Shown here in pieces: positions 1-8,687 of a DNA stretch of 64,000 nucleotides. The notes below the pieces were generated by a model that was not told the DNA's origin, searched no databases, and saw only the letters and a program-made list of their open reading frames with translations. Within the stretch, counting starts at the first letter, position 1. Every line of letters starts with the position of its first letter. Both the position numbers and the translations under genes were made by a program. Source of the DNA: an uncultured Elusimicrobia bacterium (GTDB taxonomy: Bacteria; Elusimicrobiota; Elusimicrobia; 2-01-FULL-59-12); contig OY969767.1 of NCBI GenBank assembly GCA_963702895.1, forward strand, positions 1,600,001-1,664,000, read 5' to 3'.

Positions 1-311
1 CACGGCGCTTTGCTGTGAAGCTGGCCGTCATGGAACGCTTATCGAAAGCGCTCAAAACAGATGCGATCGATGTGGTCCTCATGGATGAGGCACCGCCGCT
101 CCTAGCGCACCGTATCTTGAGGGAAGGCAAAACCCTCTATTGCCGTAATCCCATTCTTCGCGTCCGCCAAGAATTCCGGCTGCTCAATGAATATCTGGAT
201 ATGAAGGAAGACTTAGACGCTTTTGCCCAGGCCACGCTCCATCCACGACTACGTCAAGATCGATCGACGACGCGTTTACGAGTACTTACAATAGAATTTG
301 CCGCAGTTTGA
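1..311 (+). CDS. MNT-family (MntA-like) nucleotidyltransferase antitoxin, 3' part; truncated by the window edge, C-terminus probably altered by a deletion
   Basis: DAIDVVLMDEAPPLLAHRILREGKTLY...RVRQEFRLLNEYLD matches the C-terminal half of minimal nucleotidyltransferases of MNT-HEPN pairs. Confidence 0.7.
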   Translation, partial: RRFAVKLAVMERLSKALKTDAIDVVLMDEAPPLLAHRILREGKTLYCRNPILRVRQEFRLLNEYLDMKEDLDAFAQATLHPRLRQDRSTTRLRVLTIEFAAV

Positions 312-357
312 TCTCTTCTTAAAATACGTCAGCCGCTATATCAAGAAGAACCCCTAA
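241..357 (+). pseudogene. HEPN/DUF86 (HepT-like) toxin remnant, C-terminal third only
   Basis: Frame starting at 241 reads IHDYVKIDRRRVYEYLQ*NLPQFDLFLKYVSRYIKKNP*, like the HxY..ID...VY tail of DUF86 toxins; N-terminus absent, internal TAG at 292-294. Confidence 0.6.
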
Positions 358-404
358 CACGCACAGGGAAGGAAGTACCAGACACACGTAAAGCCCTCGC
401 CCCC

Positions 405-590
405 AAAAGATTAGGTAGGTTCGCCGAGAGATTGAGCAGGTCCCTCGAAGATTAGGTAGGTTCCCCCAGAAAGATTAGGTAGGTTGGTGGAAAGATTAGG
501 TAGGTTCGCCGGAAGATTGAGCAGCTCCCTCGAAGATTAGGTAGGTTGGTGGAAAAAGTGAGCAGGTTCCTCAAAGATTAGGTCGGTTGG
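405..590. repeat. Tandem array of nine ~21-bp direct repeats (cores GATTAGGTAGGTT and GATTGAGCAGG)
   Basis: Cores begin at 409, 430, 450, 473, 494, 515, 535, 556 and 576 (spacing 20-23 nt). Confidence 0.9.
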
Positions 591-1318
591 CCTCCCGTGG
601 CCCGCGCCGTTTGGTAGAGCGTGGCGGGGTCCCCAGGGTCTCCGGAGCGCATTAGGAGGCCACGGTCCATGAGACCCCCCAGGATTCTTAACGTAGCCGT
701 GCGCGAAAGCTGGAGCAGCTTTTCCACATCTTCCCGGCGAAGGCCGGCGCTCTTGCCCGCAGCGTCAAGGATCTTCTTCTCATAACGGTCCCTCTTCCGG
801 GTGACCCAGCGAGTGCCACCGGTGGAAATCTTGGGTGAGGCGCCGGGGCTGGCGCCGGGAGATTCCGCTTCAAGCTGCTCTTCGAGTTCTTGGTGCGCCT
901 TTTTCTCGACGCGCACGCTCAGCCACCGGGAGGCGCTTGAGCCGATATAGAACCCGAGGACTTCGAAGGCGATGAGCGTGAGCCCTTTCGGGTACGTCAA
1001 GCGCGCCGGCCAGATCTCGGAACCCAGGACCGCCGCCAAGAGGAACACCGCCCAAAGTCCGACGAACCATTCCCCTTTGAGCCGGAACGGCGCGGGCTGG
1101 CTCTCGCCTACAGCCGCCGACCCCTCGGGATGAAACCCGATCGTCCACCGCTGGACTTCCTTGCCCCCCACATAGGCCGATAGCAGGGCGAGGTAGAAGG
1201 CGTTGGCGGTGCTCACGTTGATCTGGAAATTCCCGGCCGTGGCGAACTCCGCGACCTGCACACCGAAGAGCGCCAGGGTGTAAAGGGCACTCAGCCAGAA
1301 GAGGAAGGTCATGCTCAT
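578..1318 (-). CDS. Membrane protein (about 4 TM helices in two similar hairpins) with C-terminal winged-helix DNA-binding domain
   Basis: Hydrophobic N-terminal segments; repeated ...AYVGGKEVQRW / ...FYIGSSASRW; C-terminal RREDVEKLLQLSRTATLRILGGLMDRGLL...G...TLY; AAAGGAA RBS upstream. Confidence 0.75.
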   Translation of the reverse strand: MSMTFLFWLSALYTLALFGVQVAEFATAGNFQINVSTANAFYLALLSAYVGGKEVQRWTIGFHPEGSAAVGESQPAPFRLKGEWFVGLWAVFLLAAVLGSEIWPARLTYPKGLTLIAFEVLGFYIGSSASRWLSVRVEKKAHQELEEQLEAESPGASPGASPKISTGGTRWVTRKRDRYEKKILDAAGKSAGLRREDVEKLLQLSRTATLRILGGLMDRGLLMRSGDPGDPATLYQTARATGGQPT

Positions 1319-1477
1319 GGTTTAGGTTCCTTTCGGAGGTCGGCCGCCGAAGGCAGCTCGCAACCCTCATGAAATTGCGGCAGCTTGCAACGATTATGCA
1401 ACACTTAGAGCCCTTTTGAACGAAGTTTGCTAAGAAGCCTGAGGCACCTTTCTAGCCCTCACGAGCCCACAGTCATA

Positions 1478-1580
1478 GAGAGCAGAAAAACAAAGCAGAG
1501 AAACGAAAGCAAAAAGCAGAAAGCGGCAATTTCTGCCTTCCTTGTTCTGCTTTCGTCGTTCTGCTTTGATGATTCTGCGT
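1478..1580. repeat. Heptamer-repeat (AGCAGAA-type) imperfect inverted repeat
   Basis: Repeated AAGCAGA units followed by repeated TTCTGCT units. Confidence 0.6.
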
Positions 1581-1642
1581 TGTTTACATCGATCCCCCCT
1601 CATGCCCGACACCGCCAGTCGCAAAAATGGTAACTTCTTCGC

Positions 1643-2578
1643 GTGGCACGCTCAAAATCCCAACTGGCCATTGTGAGCGAATACGCGTTCGTCCGCCTCT
1701 TTGCGGAATTCTTGCGGCGGTTTCCCCTTCTCTGGGCCGAAAGGGTCGCAAGGCAGTTGATCTCGCTCATTCTCTTCTTTATTCCAGAACGCCGAACGCT
1801 CATGCTCGCCAACATCGCGCGTTCTTTCCCCGAATTATCCAACGTGGCCCACGCGCGAATCGCGCAGGAATCCATGGACAACCTCGCGCGTGGAACAGCC
1901 GTCTTTCTGCGATTGCCTCAGCTCTTTCGGAAGGGCAGTCCCGTGTGGATCGACGCGGATGGACTTTCCCTTGTCGAAGAGGGCTTCCAGCGGGGAAAAG
2001 GGATCCTCGTCTTTACCGCTCACTACGGCTGCTGGGAATTGATGTCGGCTTGGATCATGAAACGCTGGCCCAGGATCGCGGCGGTCTACCGGGCGCTCGA
2101 CAACCCCCGCATCGACGCCTATGTCAAAACGCTGCGCTGCTCCTCGGGCGGCACGATGATTGAAAGAAAAGATATTCTTCGGAAAACGCCACGGTGGCTC
2201 AAAGCCAACGGACTCATCGGGTTCCTGGTGGACCAAAATTTTGCGCCAGGCGGCGCCTTCGTAGAGTTTTTTGGACGGATAGCGGCCACCACCCCCGCCC
2301 TCGCGATTCTGGCCAGGCGCACCGGCGCGACGTTCCTTCACGCCCATACCCGCTGGGAGGGAAGCCGGCTGAGGCTTTTATGGGGAAAGGCTCCCCCGTT
2401 CAGTGAGAATCCCAACATCGAAAAGGCGATCCTCGAAGACACGCAGGCCATGACCAAAGTTGTGGAAGGGTGGATCCGCGAGGACCCGGGACAATGGCTC
2501 TGGCTGCACAACCGCTGGAAACGCCAACCCCAGCCCGGCGAAACCATTTTCGGAAAACCCTCCTCAAACATGCCTTGA
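1643..2578 (+). CDS. Lipid A biosynthesis acyltransferase (LpxL/HtrB family, lysophospholipid acyltransferase superfamily)
   Basis: TAHYGCWE, LDNP, LVDQ, VEFFG and IREDPGQWLWLHNRWK motifs. Confidence 0.9.
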   Translation: MARSKSQLAIVSEYAFVRLFAEFLRRFPLLWAERVARQLISLILFFIPERRTLMLANIARSFPELSNVAHARIAQESMDNLARGTAVFLRLPQLFRKGSPVWIDADGLSLVEEGFQRGKGILVFTAHYGCWELMSAWIMKRWPRIAAVYRALDNPRIDAYVKTLRCSSGGTMIERKDILRKTPRWLKANGLIGFLVDQNFAPGGAFVEFFGRIAATTPALAILARRTGATFLHAHTRWEGSRLRLLWGKAPPFSENPNIEKAILEDTQAMTKVVEGWIREDPGQWLWLHNRWKRQPQPGETIFGKPSSNMP

Positions 2579-2608
2579 AGGACCCAATAACTTAATATAT
2601 ACTGTGTT

Positions 2609-2884
2609 ATGAAGTTCGAATGGGATGACCGGAAAGCGGCCATCAATTTTGCGAAGCATGGTGTGTCGTTTCTGGAGGCGGCAGCCGCATTTGATGACCC
2701 CAGGGCGCTTTACCGTGATGATCCGGGTCATTCCAAGACCGAGCCCCGCCTGCATGTGATGGGGCGCTCCGGACGTAAACTCCTCGCCGTCAGTTACACC
2801 TTAAGAGGAGAAAATGTCAGACTCATCAGCGCACGCTTTGCCAGCAGACAAGAGAGGAGATGGTATGCGACAACGCAAGGATAA
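2609..2884 (+). CDS. brnT: BrnT family toxin (type II TA)
   Basis: MKFEWDDRKAAINFAKHGVSF...RLISAR.A. Confidence 0.92.
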   Translation: MKFEWDDRKAAINFAKHGVSFLEAAAAFDDPRALYRDDPGHSKTEPRLHVMGRSGRKLLAVSYTLRGENVRLISARFASRQERRWYATTQG

Positions 2885-3170
2885 GAAAATGGATTTTGGT
2901 GATATTGCGGAATGGTCGGCAGAAGACTTTTCCCGTGCACGCCGCTCAAATCCAGATGAACGCAAGCGATTTCGAGCTGCATATGTTCAGACGTTCGGGC
3001 ACCCTCCGCCGAAGCGTGGACCAGTACATAAGCTTGCCTCAGAGCGCTATATCCCGACCTATATCAAATTGCACCCAAAAGTCATCGAGTGGGCCAAGAG
3101 CGAAGCGAAGCGCCGCGGCATCGGCTATCAAACCGTCATCAATCAGTCACTTCTCAATCACGCAGAATAA
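2865..3170 (+). CDS. brnA: BrnA family antitoxin
   Basis: DFGDIAE...IKLHPKVIEWAK...GIGYQTVINQSL; GGAG RBS before ATG 2865; overlaps the brnT stop. Confidence 0.88.
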   Translation: MRQRKDKKMDFGDIAEWSAEDFSRARRSNPDERKRFRAAYVQTFGHPPPKRGPVHKLASERYIPTYIKLHPKVIEWAKSEAKRRGIGYQTVINQSLLNHAE

Positions 3171-3247
3171 GATCCGCAAGCGCGGTATACTTCAGCCAGC
3201 GTGCGTGCCAACGAATCAATGGCGCGCAATCCGTTCAACCCTCTCCC

Positions 3248-3373
3248 GGCGCAGTCGACGCCCACGACTCCACCACGGCGGGCGTCCGCCGAGTCTAGAG
3301 TGGCGGACGGGATTTGCCGCCACGACGTCTTTGGCGGGCGCGCCAACGCCTCAGTGGCGCGGAACACGCGATC
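3248..3373 (-). pseudogene. Degenerate 3'-half copy of tRNA-Asp carrying two twin-hairpin insertions
   Basis: Removing the inserts (3316-3361 and ~3260-3307) leaves GATCGCGTGTTC|AAATCCCG|TCGACTGCGCC, versus GGTCGCGGGTTCGAGTCCCGTCCGCTCCGCC in the adjacent tRNA. Confidence 0.7.
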
Positions 3374-3384
3374 TTTCCTCAAAG

Positions 3385-3461
3385 TGGCGGAGCGGACGGG
3401 ACTCGAACCCGCGACCTCTGCCTTGACAGGGCAGCGTTCTAACCAACTGAACTACCGCTCC
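3385..3461 (-). tRNA. tRNA-Asp(GTC), CCA encoded
   Basis: GGAGCGG acceptor; anticodon arm CTGCC-CTGTCAA-GGCAG; T-loop TTCGAGT. Confidence 0.97.
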
Positions 3462-3682
3462 AAAACTGGTCCCATACAATACAAGTAATCGCTTAATTCC
3501 AAATCGTGGTGTCGTAATTGGTGTCGTAAAACACCCCCTGCGCCACCCCCTCTTTGTCGAGGGTCCTTCCAAAAAACGTTAACCGCGCTACACCACCGTT
3601 GCTTCCTATCTTTTAAGAAGCAACGGCCATCGCCAAGCGCTCGAGGGAGAGGGCCTGAGTCCCCTTATGAACCCAACCCCTG

Positions 3683-3934
3683 CTACTTGATGCGCTGCAG
3701 GGCCTGAGGTATGGCCATTTCAGAGAGAATGAGCTCTCGACTATCGTACACCTTCTGGACGATCATGCCCGATAGACCGATGATGAGAGATCCCGCAATC
3801 ACGAGTGTCGTTAAAAACGAATACAACCGAACTTCATTTCTGTCCTTGACGTACTGCTTGACAGCGCCAAGCACATTCATGGCAATCAAGTAGCACGTCA
3901 AAATGACGATGGTCGCGTAGGCGCTTGCAAACAT
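3683..3934 (-). CDS. Small hypothetical membrane protein (2 TM)
   Basis: 83-aa ORF with strong AAGGAG RBS and two hydrophobic helices. Confidence 0.65.
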   Translation of the reverse strand: MFASAYATIVILTCYLIAMNVLGAVKQYVKDRNEVRLYSFLTTLVIAGSLIIGLSGMIVQKVYDSRELILSEMAIPQALQRIK

Positions 3935-4013
3935 ACTCTCTCTCCTTAATAGGCTTAGGATATATCAGGATCGCCCGCTCATGCCCTTAGGGCGGGGAAC
4001 CCACGTGTAAATT

Positions 4014-4085
4014 TGGGCGGTGCAGGATTTGAACCTGCGACCCCTGCCTTGTAAGGGCAGTGCTCTACCGCTGAGCTAACCGCCC
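4014..4085 (-). tRNA. tRNA-Val(TAC)
   Basis: GGGCGGT acceptor; anticodon arm CTGCC-CTTACAA-GGCAG; T-loop TTCAAAT. Confidence 0.96.
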
Positions 4086-4214
4086 GACCGATTCTGCCGC
4101 AGACGTTTGGTGGACCATTTCATCGGGACTGCACAGGCCCCCATACTGCCTGTGCCTGCACTCCACGAACAGAGACCGAATTTTACCAGATTTACATGAA
4201 GGAGATTTTCGGGA

Positions 4215-7200
4215 TCAGGCCGCTGCGCAAAGGAGGGCTGTCGTTCGGCTGTTCCCGCCAGGTCTTGGCTGATGGTCTTGGAAGGAAGGTGGGGGCGTCC
4301 CCGTGGGAGCAGGCGGCGTCATGGCTCGTTGGATGAGGTCCAGGACCGCTTGGCGGTACGCGACGCAAGGCGTAAAGAGATGCCACGTCCACCACATCGC
4401 GCCAAGGCCGATCGCGGCCAATTTCGCACGGAAGGAACGGCGGCCTTTACGATATTGCAGGATCTCAAAAGCAATCCGTACCGGCGTCATCCAGACCACA
4501 CGAAGGGGAATGCCTGGACGGACTCCTTCTTCGAAAAAGTCCAAGACCGCTTGTGCCGTCAAGCGCTCCGGACCTGCATCTTTCCACCAGAAGGAGCTGC
4601 CTCCCGGGAACAGTCGCACCTCGAGGGACTTGGCTTGGTCGATATCCCAGGAGGGAATCTCGGGCAAGATCATCGCGAATAGACTCAAGTAGATGGCTGC
4701 CAGGCCGACCAAGACCTGCCCGGGAACGAAGATGATCAATAGACACAGAAACATCACCGCTTGGATGGAATAACCGAGATAGTTCGCAAACTGCTCATGT
4801 TCTGCTCGATTCCACCCAAGATTAGACCGTGAAGAGCGTCTTTGGACAAATCTCTCCCACACCAGGCCCCAGAGGGCCGCTGACAGGGCGCCGAAGACAG
4901 ATCCCCTGTAGACAGGCGGTTCCCCATGCCTGTCGCGGAGCGCCGGATTGTGGGGCCGCGGCTTGCTTCCCGGCTCAGATGTCTCATCATGATTGAGCCC
5001 TGGGGGTGTATGGGGCAACTGAATGGTAAAGGTTGTTCCGATCGCAGTGCGGCGGTGTTCGCGAAGCCGTGTGTACATAGCCAGAATTCTTCGATGCATA
5101 TCTATATGCTCCGACAAATGGGAAAGCACTTCCTTCGGAGGCTCTCCACCTTTCCACATCATTTGCCATAAATCAGAGGACATCAGCGTGTTGGCGTTCA
5201 GATGAGTGCTCGCATGGCCGAGGCTCGAAATCACGGGAGCTAGTGAAGGAGACGACCCGAAGGGCATTGCCATTCTGGCTATTGCAGGACTCAGGGCAGG
5301 AACCTTTTCCCTAAACTGCCGTATTATCGAGCGTGCCGTGGCAAGATCGTTAGCCTGTAACGCATTGTGCAATTCGTTCAAAACATTTCGAGATGTTTCG
5401 TAGGTCGCGATAATCAGGTCTAACACTTGTCGCGTTTCCGGGACAATCGGAATATCTTCGCTCGGGAAATGGCCGCCTTGCGGCAATTTAATCGAATCAT
5501 ATTCCTCGGCAGACAGAGAATCGACCCCGACGGTCGCGCCCAGACGGTCGGCGGCTTGCCGAACAATCCACAGACCGAGGCCGTGCCGATCACCTTCCGC
5601 GTCAACTCGCAGGGGCATGGCTTCCGGGGAATCGACTGAAAACAGCGCATTGATACGGTCCAGTTTTTCGCGCTCGATGCCCTGCCCGTCATCCATGACA
5701 CGAATCATGATTCCCGAGTCCGGCGGGGAGGCCTCCAGTTCGATAACAATGTGTGACGCATGAGCCTTTCTGGCGTTTTTGATGAGATTCGACAACGCCC
5801 GGTAAAGCGCCGCTTCGTCAAAGGTCGCTCTGGGAAGCGGTGACCGGCTCACCACCTGCACTTTACCTTGATTTGACATCACCTGCCGGGTCCACTGTTC
5901 CAAATCCGCGTCCCGGATGATCATCGGTGATCCGGCTATCACCAACTGTGCCCTGCGAAGGCCGGATAAAAGGCTATTTCCCAAATCGTACGAAAGGCCT
6001 TGCCTGGCGGATGCGATGGAGGAGGCATTGCCTAAGCAAATCCTCTCGATCTCAAGAAGCTGATTTCTTACTCGTGTCCGCAGCTCATCCGCATCACGAC
6101 GCAGGGTTCTCGTGACAGTCGGGTGTCGATACAGTTTCGAGAACGAATTCTCTGTTGCCATCTCAGCATCGACGCGGCCAGCCCATGCCCTGTTGCCCAC
6201 ATCGATGCTCGCGATACGATCACCCATCTCTCTTGCCTGCGTTATAAATTCGTCATCGGCAGATTCGCGTTTCTCAAGCTGCATTGCAAGCAAGGACAAG
6301 TTACCTTTGATGCTTGCAAGTTCATTTCCTAAATCATGAAGCATTTCCCTAAATTCATAGACGTTCAGCAGATCAGCGGAGGGCGACGACGTAGTCCGGG
6401 TCCAGAGATGCTGCAGCCTGTGCCAAAGGAACGCAAACAGAACCCCGAGACCCGCTCCCATGTAGGTCGGCGCTGCGCCGTTGTCGCCCGGTCCACGCGC
6501 GGCGGGGGCGCCGGTCCGGAGGCCTCTCATCACGTTCACGTGGGTGAGGGGACTCATATCGCAGCCGGAACTTATGATGAAAGGACGCTTCCCCATTGAA
6601 TCTGTCAAAGCCGTCACCTTGGCCGCGGCCTGGTTGGAAGGGTCTTCTCCCAACGATTCGAGCTCCTTCGCGCTCAGATTCCCCATCACGATCTTGCCGT
6701 TAGGCCTGCCATCTGGATCCAGGGCCAGTTTGTCATAAGCCTCCGCCATCGAGATGTTTTCCGCAAGGCTGTAGCCCTGAACGTTCATCGCTTGCCAAAA
6801 AGGAAACATGAGTCCCGGCTTGGTTTCGCGCTTGCACGTGTGGATGATGACGGCGGCGCCGGCGGCGTTGATGGTGCCGGCCAGGCGATTCACCGGACCC
6901 ACACAGAACCGCCGCAGACTGCTGGGTTCGCTTGGTTTGTCTTTGGGAAAGAGGGTCGAGAGAAACTCCGATGAGGGGTCGGCAATCACGATCACGTCCG
7001 CCCCAGCCGCCACGAGGGCCTTGGCATAGGCTTCCTGCACGCGGACAGCATAATCCACCAGGGCATCCATCAGGTCGGGGTCACTTTTGGCGAGGGCTGC
7101 GGCGTTGGTTTCTTCCATCACGCGCGCCGCCAATGAGAAGGGACCGATCACATAAGCCACGAGAGGTTTCCGTCGGCCGAAGCCTGTCCTGAGTTTGGCC

Positions 7201-7223
7201 ATGGCCTTCAAAAAGACAGGCAT
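4215..7223 (-). CDS. C-terminal segment: UroD/MtaA-CmuA family domain (second half) fused to HisKA/HATPase histidine kinase and TM segments
   Basis: GPFSLA, AGADVIVIADP, IIHTC, MGNL, IISSGCDM (UroD/MtaA); HDLGNEL, SNLIKNA, DDGQGI, GLGLWIV, GTTFTIQLP (kinase). Confidence 0.8.
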   Translation of the reverse strand: MPVFLKAMAKLRTGFGRRKPLVAYVIGPFSLAARVMEETNAAALAKSDPDLMDALVDYAVRVQEAYAKALVAAGADVIVIADPSSEFLSTLFPKDKPSEPSSLRRFCVGPVNRLAGTINAAGAAVIIHTCKRETKPGLMFPFWQAMNVQGYSLAENISMAEAYDKLALDPDGRPNGKIVMGNLSAKELESLGEDPSNQAAAKVTALTDSMGKRPFIISSGCDMSPLTHVNVMRGLRTGAPAARGPGDNGAAPTYMGAGLGVLFAFLWHRLQHLWTRTTSSPSADLLNVYEFREMLHDLGNELASIKGNLSLLAMQLEKRESADDEFITQAREMGDRIASIDVGNRAWAGRVDAEMATENSFSKLYRHPTVTRTLRRDADELRTRVRNQLLEIERICLGNASSIASARQGLSYDLGNSLLSGLRRAQLVIAGSPMIIRDADLEQWTRQVMSNQGKVQVVSRSPLPRATFDEAALYRALSNLIKNARKAHASHIVIELEASPPDSGIMIRVMDDGQGIEREKLDRINALFSVDSPEAMPLRVDAEGDRHGLGLWIVRQAADRLGATVGVDSLSAEEYDSIKLPQGGHFPSEDIPIVPETRQVLDLIIATYETSRNVLNELHNALQANDLATARSIIRQFREKVPALSPAIARMAMPFGSSPSLAPVISSLGHASTHLNANTLMSSDLWQMMWKGGEPPKEVLSHLSEHIDMHRRILAMYTRLREHRRTAIGTTFTIQLPHTPPGLNHDETSEPGSKPRPHNPALRDRHGEPPVYRGSVFGALSAALWGLVWERFVQRRSSRSNLGWNRAEHEQFANYLGYSIQAVMFLCLLIIFVPGQVLVGLAAIYLSLFAMILPEIPSWDIDQAKSLEVRLFPGGSSFWWKDAGPERLTAQAVLDFFEEGVRPGIPLRVVWMTPVRIAFEILQYRKGRRSFRAKLAAIGLGAMWWTWHLFTPCVAYRQAVLDLIQRAMTPPAPTGTPPPSFQDHQPRPGGNSRTTALLCAAA

Positions 7224-7304
7224 CCGACCGGTCGTCTCTGGAGACGGGACCTGAAGCCCGCGGATCTTCTCAATCCATTCGGACCGTTGGGCATCGCTAG
7301 TAAA

Positions 7305-8654
7305 TCAATCGGGCAAATCTTTGAAGAAATCGAAGCGGGTCTTCAGTTCCGGTACGCCCAGGTCATAAATCCATTCCAGGCTCTCGGGCCGGTGGCCGTT
7401 GGCCAAATAGACCGCTTCCTTCTCCAGAGAAAGGTCCATAGGGGTGTTGGCGGCATCGGTTTGGACATGCGTCGTCGACCAGGCCATCACCTCGGCCATC
7501 AGCTCGGCATCTTGCGTCACCTGTTCACAGGTGTAGTGGGTGCCGTGCTCCCGGTTATAGTGGGATAGCGCGCCCAGCCCCAGGACGGGGACGAAGGCCC
7601 GCCGCTCGGCGAGCGATTGCAGGAGACGCGTTCTTTCCGCTAGACCGGCAGCCAGCGGAAGAGGCGCGGCATTCTGCAACGGCACCGGATGCTGCCGGCC
7701 GCGGCGGCCGTCGGGCGCATGCCGCCCGAGAAATCCCGGTTCATGGCCCACGGCGATGCCGTCAATGGTGAAGTGCCTGCCTGACCATTGCCCCATCTTC
7801 CGCTCCTCGCCCGGTTGCTGCGACCTATGCACACCCGGGCCCATTCCCATGTCGACGTCTCCACCCTTGGCAAGGCGTGCTTGAGAGGCGCTGCTAATTC
7901 TTGTTGAACTTTCCCTCCTTTCCAGCAAGCTCCGATAGTTCTCCGCTATCTGTACTTGTTCATCCAGTTTCGCAAGCCGCCTAGATCGTTCTTTAGGGCT
8001 ATTCCGGTACTCATATTGAAGGCGCTCTCGGATGCGCCGCGCGTTCAGCGGCACACCGCGCAAGTGAAACAGAGCCATCTCTTGATGCCCGAGTCGGCTC
8101 TGGACAAGGCCCAGCAGGATGCGGGCTCTGAGAACTTCTTGAATCCAGTAATAAGTACTGCGGCCGGCAAGTATGAGCGTTTGCTTCAACTCAAGGCTCA
8201 CGGCATTGAGTTCATCGGGGTCATTATTCCTCAGAGCCTGTTCCGCCTGTCGGATGGAATTAACGGCCATGTCATGCACGCCGGCACGCGCGAGATGCCT
8301 CATCACACGATCCAGATTCGCCTGTCTTTCACGAACGGCCGCTGGGATATGACTGTCCGGCCTAAGACCTCTGATGACCCCCTTGAATATTTGTGAGAGG
8401 GCGTCCTGATGAGCGGGATCTGTCGTGAACGCATCAAGCGCAGCAAACACTTGTTCAAACGGCTGACCCGTCCAGTCCGCTATCCGACGGCTGATCACCC
8501 TACGCATAGTTATGCGCTTTGGATTCTCTGGTGAAGCGGACCGTACGGTTGAAGCTTGTTCCCTTCTGGAAGGAGCTTTCGGTGGCATCGCCGCTGCTGG
8601 AGCGATTGGCGCTTCAGAGATGTCCTGGGTTTCCGGGACGTGAGCGGGCCCCAA
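7305..8654 (-). CDS. Middle segment: helical/TPR-like region plus first half of the UroD/MtaA-like domain
   Basis: Long open frame in phase with both neighbours; DAELMAE...PMDLSLEKEA resembles the UroD/MtaA N-terminal half. Confidence 0.6.
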   Translation of the reverse strand: MGPAHVPETQDISEAPIAPAAAMPPKAPSRREQASTVRSASPENPKRITMRRVISRRIADWTGQPFEQVFAALDAFTTDPAHQDALSQIFKGVIRGLRPDSHIPAAVRERQANLDRVMRHLARAGVHDMAVNSIRQAEQALRNNDPDELNAVSLELKQTLILAGRSTYYWIQEVLRARILLGLVQSRLGHQEMALFHLRGVPLNARRIRERLQYEYRNSPKERSRRLAKLDEQVQIAENYRSLLERRESSTRISSASQARLAKGGDVDMGMGPGVHRSQQPGEERKMGQWSGRHFTIDGIAVGHEPGFLGRHAPDGRRGRQHPVPLQNAAPLPLAAGLAERTRLLQSLAERRAFVPVLGLGALSHYNREHGTHYTCEQVTQDAELMAEVMAWSTTHVQTDAANTPMDLSLEKEAVYLANGHRPESLEWIYDLGVPELKTRFDFFKDLPD

Positions 8655-8687
8655 CGATGGGGCGGGTTCGACGGTTTGGCGGCGAAG

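Noticed and set aside
405..590. CRISPR array
   Set aside because: Period is ~21 nt with ~6-10-nt variable parts, some of them repeated; no cas genes in the window.
3508..3530. Tandem TGGTGTCGTAA repeats as integrase arm sites
   Set aside because: Only two copies, on the 5' side of tRNA-Asp, and no integrase in the window.
7305..7307. Selenocysteine or genome-wide TGA recoding
   Set aside because: Many core genes end in TGA (pyrE, pyrF, guaA, rph), the position is not an evident catalytic Cys, and the other interruption is TAA.
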